A DNA stretch of 61,236 nucleotides, the filler included, from Hausera hauseri (lineage: Eukaryota): assembly GCA_046269625.1 (NCBI GenBank). It is 11 parts of 11 records of this genome, joined end to end, with 100 filler letters (N's around TTAATTAATTAA, not from the genome) between each part and the next. Parts side by side here need not be neighbours in the genome. Positions count along the whole stretch, not along the records: positions 21,589 to 25,761 come from JBJURY010721213.1; positions 25,862 to 31,873 come from JBJURY010153533.1; positions 31,974 to 36,731 come from JBJURY010447468.1; 8 more parts are not named here. One strand, written 5' to 3'. A program made the translations under genes and the position numbers. The notes beneath the pieces are model-generated. The model did no database searches. It saw only the letters and a list, made by a program, of their open reading frames with translations, and was not told the DNA's origin. Shown here one piece after another: positions 24,928 through 34,718 of this stretch. The number at the start of each line of letters is the position of its first letter. The stretch's first letter is position 1.

Positions 24928-25446
24928 CTATCGAAAGGAGTTGAGATACCCTTCGGACAGTTCGGGAAATATATAAAACAGATGAATACTCGTAATTGGT
25001 TTAAAAACGGCATTGCCAAAGCATTCCAATCTTTCTTTCCCGAACCTACCCGATCGTGTTATATGTCGATAAGGAATATGCGACGTTGCATTTACTATTT
25101 TACTCAAACCTTTCTTTCTGAGAGATCGATAGAGGTGTAGTTTGTCGCCGTATTCAATGTGTATTAATCCACAAGTAGTCATTGTGTTCTGAAAATGATC
25201 GGGGTTCGTTCCATAATTTGTGTTGCGATAAGATGGATGAGTCAATGCTTGATGCAACAATGGTTTGTCTTTAATCATGTACTTCAATCTCTCCTCAAGT
25301 TCCGAGAGGGAAAAATAAAAGCGTACATGACATAAAACACTTGGAATTAGTATGGCAAATTGTACAATATCGGTATAACGTCCTGTCTTAAAGAAAGGAT
25401 CGGAACGGATTTCGGGGTAAATCCGTGACGTTGGATTACGTTCATT
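24928..25446 (-). pseudogene. DROSHA: Intronless fragment of Drosha (connector and RNase IIIa region), non-vertebrate-like
   Basis: Open frame ...FFKTGRYTDIVQFAILIP...LLHQALTHPSY...NYGTNPDH...TCGL...YGD...RKKGL...ERLECFGNAV...TSIHLFYIFPELSEG vs Drosha LAMTHPS..NFGMNPDH..CGI..YGD..RKKGI..ERLEFLGDAV..TSVHLYYLFP.LEEG. Confidence 0.9.
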
Positions 25447-25861
25447 TCAAAATTTTCAATCAGTCTTGCAAGAGGTTTGAGAATCGGAGCCATGAAATAA
25501 GAATTTTCATTATTAGTCACATCTTTGATAATTGTGTCAAGATAGACAATAATAAAGGCAATCTCTTCATTATTCATTACTTTGCTGAGTCCCATAATTA
25601 TTTGATGGAGGCAGGCACTGACGGCGGCAAATATTTTGGTATTGTTATTGGAGCATAGATTTGTTCAGTTCCCGCTAATTCAAGTATGGGAGAGACTTTA
25701 TTTATGACTTTTGTAGAATTAAAGGGATGAACAATTACGTAGGTACTTAGGGTCGTGATAGNNNNNNNNNNNNNNNNNNNNNNNNNNNNNNNNNNNNNNN
25801 NNNNNTTAATTAATTAANNNNNNNNNNNNNNNNNNNNNNNNNNNNNNNNNNNNNNNNNNNN

Positions 25862-26426
25862 TGTGAATTCCTGTTAACGGAACAAGCTAGAGTTCTGTGG
25901 GCGGATTTCAAGGAAAAGAAGGGAAACCAACCGTCGGAAGAAGATGAACTCAAGGTTTTCGATCATCTGACTTTGCCGAACAAAGTCTTTACTCTTGTTT
26001 CGTTAAGAATTTCTTTTGGCGACTGCGTAGGGTTCGATTGAATCGCTCAACGAGTGCAGCCTTGTATTGAGAAAACACAGTAGTAGTTTACACCGAACCG
26101 ATTCAAGACTGATGCGACATGCGAGTTATAGAATTCTTTACACAAATCCGTTTGTATATATTTCGGCGGTTGTTGGTTTGTTAATGTGTGAACAGCGTCG
26201 GCAATTTCTTTACCGGATTTTGATTTGCACGTGCAAAACGATTAAATACATCAATACACGTCAGCACGTACAAATATCCATCATTAATGCTAGCGTACGG
26301 GATCATTTCCATCAGATCCGTTTGCCATATATTATTTACGTCTGCAGCGCGGTATGAACGAGTTGGAAACCGTTTTTTTATCTCTTTGTTCAGGCTGTAA
26401 CATAATCTTTGTGCAACAATCTTCAT
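25862..26426 (-). pseudogene. Polinton retroviral-like (rve) integrase, N-terminal/core fragment
   Basis: KKRFPTR...NIWQTDLMEM...NDGYLYVLTCIDVFNRFA is the typical Maverick integrase signature. Confidence 0.85.
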
Positions 26427-26439
26427 GCAACATAATCTA

Positions 26440-26887
26440 TGATAGTGATCATGGAGATTTTTAAACAGTATTAAATAATGTACGTTTAGATTTCGTGTTC
26501 AATGCTGTCCACTCTGATGGAACATGTTTTGCATAATGAAAATAGCCGTCACACCACGGTATGGTGCAATCTTCGTAAACAGGTTGTTGAAGTCGGTTTG
26601 TTTCGTGGCGTCTTGAAATAAATCTTCAGTGACAATAACGTCAACGTTGCGTAATCGTTCAGACCAGTTCTCGTCAAACCCATCTATTACTGTTATCCAT
26701 TTTAATTTACAAAATTCTTGATGTGTCAGACCGGATTCTCCATCACCTCCACTACCTTGATTCCGGTAAATGTGATTGGACCGCGGTGAATGCCACGGTA
26801 GTTTTGCAATAGTTTACAAACAAGGTATGTTTTACCATTTCCACTGAGACCTACAATCTGGAAAATTGCATTATTCTGCAGCTTCAT
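26440..26887 (-). pseudogene. Polinton FtsK/A32-like packaging ATPase (disrupted)
   Basis: MKLQNNAIFQIVGLSGNGKT Walker A; VIVTEDL Walker B; IFIMQNMF; NVHYLILFKN. Confidence 0.85.
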
Positions 26888-26930
26888 GTTAATAAGACAC
26901 CTTTCGTCACATGTACGATCAGTTTCCATA

Positions 26931-27392
26931 ATGTTAGCCAATATCAACTACCGCGGACATGTTGCCGAGTGTATTAATGCATCACCGTTTAGTCAATGGA
27001 AGCCGAAGCAGTATATCCACAAATGTTTACCAGATTTTACATGCGTTATATTTCAATCGAGATAGTGTCGTATTATGGGTTGTCGCAAACCAATCACAGC
27101 TGACAGTAACAGTAAACTACTGTGATTCGGAATTGTCATTGACGAAATTCAATCAATAATGGTAACGACTCAGTTAGATTGACCATCAATCAATCTATAC
27201 AAATTAGCAATGGCCACTGAATGTACGTATGAACCCGAACTGTTTCTTGCACTGAGACTGACATCGTTTCGCCCACTCTGTGTCAATGTGTTTAGCAGTG
27301 GAAAAATTGTTGTACTCGGTATTCAAGCAGTGGATTATGAACCGATTATTAATCAAATTGAAAACCGCAAATGTTCTAGTAAATCAAAATAA
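26931..27392 (+). pseudogene. TATA-binding-protein-like gene carried by the Polinton (3 in-frame stops)
   Basis: One frame from ATG 26931: FTCVIFQSR*CRIMG (TBP repeat 1, cf. TALIFSSGKMVCTG), IQSIMVT..INLYKLA, YEPELFLAL...VNVFSSGKIVVLG (repeat 2, cf. YEPELFPGL...LIFVSGKVVLTG). Confidence 0.8.
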
Positions 27393-27669
27393 CTTACTTT
27401 GCACAATAAACTATAAATACCATTCCGATGCTCTTTCAGACATTACTGCCATGGAATGCGACGATGAAACGATACTACGCAATGGTGACAGTGATGAGAG
27501 TTCAGATTAGTCATGGTTGTTTGGTGGCGAGAAAGATAATTCCAATGTCGAACTTCTGGAACCGAAAACAGAACCTGTCCAGCAATCGGCAAAGCCGTTA
27601 CTAAAACGGCAAGGGGTTGACAGTGGGATACGCAAACCAAAATTAAAGCCATTGGGCAATGCAATGGGA

Positions 27670-27804
27670 CAAATCGTATTTCTGTGAAGAGGCGGAATTC
27701 AGTGCAGTGTTACAGGAAGAGTGGGGATTGTTTTCTGTCAATGAAATACGAAATGAATGCAAAGAATTTGGTTTCGGTGATATGGACAAAACCACTTACG
27801 TTTA
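27670..27804 (+). pseudogene. dut: dUTPase C-terminal remnant
   Basis: CEEAEFS...IRNECKEFGFGDMDKTTYV* is nearly identical to the end of the dUTPase at 58837-59308. Confidence 0.7.
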
Positions 27805-27867
27805 ATTATACTAATAATAATTTCTTTAGTGTTATAAACAAAAATCGATTTTGTACGTAAACTAATA

Positions 27868-28320
27868 ATGGCGATTGGTTTTATAGATATTGAAGCTTTC
27901 CAAGACGACAATGCTCTTTACCTGATAAAGGACGTTTGTAACATTTTCAAATCACTTATGTACGTTTTCAAGCCATACGTTATGTGGAAACAGTTTACAG
28001 AAAGGGCGAAAATTACTAATGGATTTCTCATACGACATCGTAATGTAATTTATTGGTATGAAGGCAATTCAAACTTTTGCGTATCATGTATCATGATTGA
28101 CATTTGTGATCGTTTTGAAATCCAAAATACAATGTTTTACGTTAACGATCAAATTAAGGTTCAAAAGTTTGCGCAACTACACTCACAATTTGCCGACTTT
28201 CGAATGACGACGTATTCAACATCGAACAACTCAACAATGGTGGCGGTACCTGACAATATTCTAGGTCCATATCGTAAACATGAGCCGCATTGCGCGTACC
28301 GAAAATGTTTATCGCTGTAA
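27868..28320 (+). CDS. Polinton uncharacterised protein with N-terminal DxE (DEDD exonuclease-like) motif and C-terminal H..HCA..C
   Basis: 150-aa ORF MAIGFIDIEAFQ..YLIKD; homologs at 12784 and 59382; TATAAA at 27833. Confidence 0.7.
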   Translation: MAIGFIDIEAFQDDNALYLIKDVCNIFKSLMYVFKPYVMWKQFTERAKITNGFLIRHRNVIYWYEGNSNFCVSCIMIDICDRFEIQNTMFYVNDQIKVQKFAQLHSQFADFRMTTYSTSNNSTMVAVPDNILGPYRKHEPHCAYRKCLSL

Positions 28321-28402
28321 ATAAGGTCCATGACATATTTGGCCGTATTGATCGTCGAATTGTTCAAAACTATAACTAAAAGTAGTTTATAATAATAATA
28401 TT

Positions 28403-28600
28403 CATGGAAATAGTAGATCAGTTAAGCAATTGCAAAAAAATGGATTATCAACCAGTACTTGATAGTGATTTGGTTGTAAGAGCAGCAGATTTTTGACTTA
28501 AAGCAGATTTGGTGTCAATAGCATTGATGACAACAACAACAGATTGTAGCTCAATGGTAAATCTTATTATTATGGTAAATCAAATGTACATTCACCGATT
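28403..28600 (+). pseudogene. 5' remnant of the Polinton RING-protein gene (homolog of 59985-60200)
   Basis: Nucleotide similarity (atggaaatag...caattgcaaa...tagcattgatgaca...aatcaaatgta.attcaccg) to 59985-60200, in the same gene order. Confidence 0.65.
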
Positions 28601-28787
28601 TTATTTGTTATGAATAACCCAGATTTGCAGTAAAATTCATTTTCTTGTGAGTGTGCTGTTTATTATTCAACATTTTACGAATGAAATTTACAAACTGCTC
28701 TAATTTGTTAGAAACAAGAATATTCAAAGTAACGATAGTTGTTAGTACACCATAAATGAATTTCCACATCATAAATACCAGTAATAT

Positions 28788-29417
28788 TGTTACGGTTAGG
28801 GTGGCCCTTATCCGTCCCCCACTATAACAATATTATCTCTAATTTATGAATCGCTCTTTAAGCAGGTTAGGATTACTCGTTCTCGAGTAATCTGCTTGTG
28901 CCCTAGTATTTTAGAATAATTTAGATCTCAATGCAGGTACTGCGTGCGTTTGTGAATGTCTCAAGTTATAGATTTCTTGTCTTATCTATTTAAATTTTCA
29001 CTGGATTTTAAAACTAGGGTAGTGCAAATCAGCTTTAAGAGCCGATGAAAAACTATATGATTTTATCACACAAAAACAATGGATAATAACCTTTATTGAA
29101 TCACGCACCAAATGAATACTTCAAGTAGCACAATAGTCAACAGAATATATAGTCAATTATCAACTGTACTCAAGACTGACTGTAGCGATATCTAAGTCGC
29201 AATCACTGTCGATTTTCCAAAATAAAATGCGATACTAAGTCGCAGAAAAACTGTTCGATTCAACTGTTTCAACGTCTGCTTATATACTGTTCATATACAC
29301 CGATAATCTACATGTTTGTCTTTTTTCGGATTTTCTCACATAATTATATTTACATTTTAGATTTATATCTCTATATGTTAATTCCGACACCTACAAATAA
29401 ATAAAGTTCTTATAACA
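28788..29417 (-). mobile_element. Solo LTR related to the cargo Gypsy element
   Basis: TGTTA...TAACA termini; flanks AATAT/ATTAT (5-bp TSD with 1 mismatch); blocks homologous to 6649-7070; minus-strand TATA near 29280 and AATAAA at 29092. Confidence 0.7.
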
Positions 29418-30884
29418 ATTATCCAAAATTATCTACAATTGATAAAAACTTGAGCATATGCTTGATCCATATGTTCTATTCAGCTCAATTTCTCATACTA
29501 TGAAAAAAGTCTTAAAGTCGATTTTCAGCGAGAGGATTTAACATCATATACTCTCCTTTATACTTTTTACATATTTTATAACTATTTTATTTTATTTGTA
29601 ATCAAATGAATATGGTACTCTGTTCGATTTTCTAATTTAAATAAATTTTAATTTCATGAATTTTTAATTTATTCACATTTAAGTTTTACAAAAGATACTA
29701 AATTTTAAATTTTTAAATGTCTTCAAAAACTAAATGTCCTCGTCCTTGATCATAAGAAAGAACTCTTGAAGTTTAACCCTTTCCTCTATCCTTGTCACGC
29801 CACTGATTACTCACAAATCAAAAGTTAAAAGCAAAGCAAAACTTCGAAATAATAAATGATGAAGATCAATTCGGTTGAATAGTTACACATAATTCTATCA
29901 AATTGAGAAAGCCATAAAAGTCAATAAAATGTAGCCAATGGATCTTTCCTCATAACCGCCATTTTTATACAAAAATACTTCGTATATCAATGTAGTACTA
30001 ACTACTTTCCCGTGGAATACTGATTTAATGAAATTCTTTAGAGTAAGATAATTGTTTACGCTAAAGTCAAAAATATAAATTATTTTTGCGCATATCCAGA
30101 AATTTCAGAGTACTAGACACCGATTTTTGCAATATTAAATCTTCCTGCATAAGTAGTTCCCCAATGTCACATAAATCTGACAAGGGAACATTCAAACTGT
30201 CACACACAGGGTTCTTTATAAAAAATAGTCAACTGCGTGAAAAATACAATGGGGATTAAAAATATGATAAAAGTTTTGCCAAGGAAGTCAAAATATCGCA
30301 ACTGGAGCTTTTAAATATGATAGATTTTTGCACCTGTTCAAGTTTCCTCCACTACGTTTAGGAATTTTGAACTTTAAAGAAATGTTTGTTTATTTTCTCG
30401 AGTTCACGTTCTTTTAATATTCGGTTTATAATATTTTCGTGATGTTCTGTCGAAATAAAATATTTCTATCTAATATTCAACCTATAGTCTGTGGTCGGTC
30501 ATGTATATAGTCAAAGTTTATACGATAGAATATGTGATTGATGATCTGAAGAATACATTTTAAATTGATAGTATTATATTTTATACGTATTTGACTATTT
30601 GTTATAAAAATCCCTGTTTGGTAGTTAGAAAAGTTCCTTCTCAGATATTTTTACAAATTTTGTTAGGCTGTTGTTAAGGAAAGTGTGTCTAGGTGATTTA
30701 CGCCATTTTATTTTGATGTAGTTAGAAAATTATAAACAAAACATTTTACCACTTTGTATACAATTCAATATCACAGTCATAACCATGTGTAATTTCTGCG
30801 CCGTAGAACTGAAATATTTACTTAATATAAATAGCTTGTGTGATGCTCAGTGTAATTCTTAACTTTAACAAGAGCATTATTTTA

Positions 30885-31873
30885 TTAGGGCGTTGAAAAG
30901 TTTCCGGACACTTATACAAAAAGTATATTTTAAAAATCCCCTTGTCTTCCAGAAAATTCTATATCTTTTGTTTTAATGAATCGATTACATCCTTAATTAA
31001 TACGCAAGTATATGCCGCTGCGGCCATTGTTTATTCATTTTACAATATTGCAATGTGATGAAAAAATTGCAGTTCGAGTTTTATTGCGTCACTATTTGAA
31101 AAGGGCTCAGCACAAGAGCCGCAGCCGAGAAAGTTTGTGCAGTGGAAGGTGGTTCAAGCGTTTTAATGAAGGTGACACAAGTCTCGAAGACAAAACTCAC
31201 TCCGGACACCAATCCAGAGTGCACAACGAAGCGCTGCTACAAGCATTGAAAAACTAGCTAGCCGGCAGTACACGCAGATTGTCGGTAAAACTTGGCTCTT
31301 ATTATTCCACTAATGATCGTCATCTCCAACAACTTGAGTTCCACAGCAGACGCTGTCGAAAAATTCCATAGGCGCAACGTTGTATGGACATCTGTCAACA
31401 TCTCATTGTCAATCCTCAGGACACCCGATTCTGGAAACGAGTTGTGACTGTGGATGAAAAATGAATTTCTTTAAGCAATCTCTGCAAGAATAATCAATAG
31501 TTTATGCCCAGCCAACCAGAAGTCCCGGTTGTTTGAAGAGGGCAATTTGAAAACGTTATTCTATGGGTACGGTGGAATTTTGAGGGAGTACTGCACTTCT
31601 AATTTGTTCGAGAGGGTCATGAAATAAATGCTAACCTCTATTCTGAACAGCTGCAACGAGTTTATGAAGTTTTGCGAACGTGCTACCCTGACTTGATCAG
31701 TCGGAAGCGGATACTTTTCCTGCATAAAAACACCTCAGCGCACACCTCAAAGGCTTGCCGACATTGAAGTCCTCTTTCATACAGTCCGGACCTCACACCA
31801 TCTAAGTATTGCTTGTTCCGGTCGATAGCTGACTTTCTTCGAGGACGCCAGTTTGAGAATGTCGAGGAAGTGG
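30885..31873 (+). mobile_element. Mariner (Tc1/mariner, DD34D-type) transposon, decayed, cut by the contig end
   Basis: TA then putative 5' TIR ttagggcgttgaaaagtttccgg; WFKRFNEGDTSLED..SG, VVTVDEK*, LHKNTSAH, YSPDLTPS motifs. Confidence 0.88.
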
Positions 31874-31975
31874 NNNNNNNNNNNNNNNNNNNNNNNNNNN
31901 NNNNNNNNNNNNNNNNNTTAATTAATTAANNNNNNNNNNNNNNNNNNNNNNNNNNNNNNNNNNNNNNNNNNNNCC

Positions 31976-33273
31976 TTGACACTAAATAAAACAATCAAAA
32001 TTTCTGCCGAACAAGCCAAAGATAAAGTTATCCAACAAATAGTCAAATTTTCCGAGCAAGATGAGATACCAAAAGGACGTCAACTAAAGAAACACTTACA
32101 GAGACACGGACATAAATATTATTTATCAAATCCGGATAATATTTTATATTATGAACGCAAAGGATGGAAACTGGTTGTTATTCCAAAAGGATTACGCACA
32201 GAAGTACTAATGGCCAAACATGATTCACATCTAGCCGGACATATGTCATGGGAGAAAACATTAGAGTGTATACTGAATAAGTATTACTGGCCAAGCGTTT
32301 ATATCGATGTGAAAAATTGGGTGGACGCTTGTGAATGCTGCGCAACAAAACAAAGAAAAGTGAAAAACTATATAGCAGAATTAAAACCTATCGACGTACC
32401 AGACAGATCTATGCAAGCTACGTCTATGAATATAGTAGGATCTTTACCTACAACTCATAAAAATAACAAATATATTTTGACATGCGTAGATCGTTTAACA
32501 CACTTTGTGGAATTAATCTCATTAATCGATCAAAAAGCAGAAACATTAGCAGACGCAGTAGTAAGGAAAATCATCTGCAGATATGGACCGCCCGATCAAA
32601 TACTAACCGATAGAGGAAGAAGTTTTACGAGTGAGTTATTTGACAAAATTTCTAAAATCTTTGACATCGAACGATTAACTACTACCGCATATCACCCTTA
32701 GTGCAATGGGATGGTCGAGCGTATGAACGCAACAGTTATACGAGTCTTATCGACCGTAGTAGCGAAGGATGAAAAAGACTGGGATGAATTTTTAGAAGGA
32801 ACACAATTCGCTATCAATACTACTCCACATCCCGCCACAGGATTTACACCATTTTTTATGATGTATGGACGCGAAGCGATTTTACCTACGGACTTAGGGA
32901 TGACTCCGTATCACGCAAATCTAGAAGATTTAGAACCAAATTTTGCGGAAGTTTAGCAAATAAGATTACAAAAATATTGGGATATGGCGAAAACGCTCAC
33001 GCTTGAGTATCAAGAACAGTTTAAAAAACAATATTATAGAAAGCCAAACCTCACGATTTATAAAAATGAAACTGGGTCTATGTACACTACCCAGGTGCAA
33101 AGAAAGGCACCTCATTAAAATTTACTCGTACTGGACTAGGGCCTTACGAAGTTATTCGAACCACACCAACTACTGCCTACATTAATAAAAATGGTAAAGA
33201 AGAGGTATTATCCATACAGAGAATTGTTAAAACAGAAATAAAACCAGAAAAACGTTACAATCTGCGATCTAGC
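31976..33273 (+). pseudogene. Gypsy-type integrase (HHCC, DDE, GPY/F) of cargo LTR element copy B
   Basis: HDSHLAGH...CECC zinc finger, ILTDRG, MVERMN, GFTPFFMMYGRE, GPYEV; two stops. Confidence 0.93.
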
Positions 33274-34718
33274 TTGAATCAAGATAAAAAGAAAACGAAA
33301 ACGTCCTCTATAATTAGCGGACCAATATCTTACGTACAGATAATATTAGCATTATCGCTAATTGCCTCCTATATCCCGAGAACACAAGCTAAATGGTGGT
33401 ACGACAGTTACGGAGTTCGAAAAAGTGGAGCAAGATCGGAGGTTATTAAAACGGAAAAGAAATCAACAGTCAAAGGAAATCAAAGACAAGAAAATATAAG
33501 ATTATTACAAGCAATAATGATCCACTATTACTCGCCTAACTCTACATGCGTTGGATTGAAAACACGGAAACAACACCGAAATTCTGGAAGGATCCAAATT
33601 GTCTTAGATGATGTAATAACAAAAGAAGCAAAGAATTGTGATTTTGAGCCCGGAGAACGTACACAATGTTGCAATACGGATTTCGTACACACTTACAACT
33701 TTACCTCTCGACTATACGTACCGAAATGATCTAAAATCTTGAAATAAAACCACAATTCCAATTGGTCATCCCTGCATGGAACAGGCATCGTGGAATAAAA
33801 CCCAACAAAATGCTCAAGTCCGTCGACCCAGTAAATGGATGCTGGAAAAAAATATTGCCAGTATAACAGAAAACGCAAAGGACAGTTGTGTTCAAATAAA
33901 AACAAAAGGACGATTAATTAACGGTCGAGTAATCACGGTCCAATTCCTGAAAGAGAACATACCAGCTGACAACCAACAGTACTGCCAAATCGATGTCGAG
34001 CAACCGAAAATATGTTGCAAGTTACCCCAGAAATATAAATAAGATTCGGTTAAACTTATATGAAGTTAGATCAAACCAGTCGGGTATTTATCTAGGAATC
34101 TACCAATTTAGAAGTCCAATCGAGCAAAATTCACTTCGGACGACAACGAATACGGAAACAAAATCTACTACTCCTGCACTTATCAAAAGCACTCCAACGG
34201 ATAGATCATCTCAGAATGATCTAAAAATAATCCCTGTAAAATATTGGGCACAACAACGCGAAATAACGTTCATTGTGGAGGAAACACTTAACTACGACGT
34301 AGAAATAAGCTGCCGAACATTACACGATAATCGGAAGGTAACACTGCCAAAAGGCAGCTACCGAATCAAATGTATCGGATTGAAACTCAAAACAGATTAT
34401 ATAATACAAATGGGTGCAGAGAACAAACAAGGTTCAGTGTTAACAATACGGACCTTAAAAGAGATTGTCGTAACGAAACCACTGACTGATGAGAAAGCAG
34501 AGGATGGGACTACGACTACCGCCAAAATGGAAAATTTAACTAAATGGACAGCGTTGTCATTAACATCGATTACTGGAACGTCAGTATTTGCTTTCATAAT
34601 TTTAATTGCGTTTTGTCGATTGGTTACCAAAAACTGTTGTACCAAGCGTCATAAAATCACCGAGAGGGAGTTAAGGGTGGTGGTACCGCAGGATGGAATC
34701 AATGATGGAATAACCTGA
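33274..34718 (+). pseudogene. Env-position type I membrane protein with three FN3-like domains (copy B), in frame with the integrase C-terminus
   Basis: YVQIILALSLIASYIPRTQA signal-like segment; two C..C..CC domains; GLKLKTDYIIQMGAENKQG FN3 signature; TM SVFAFIILIAF; colinear with copy A. Confidence 0.72.
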
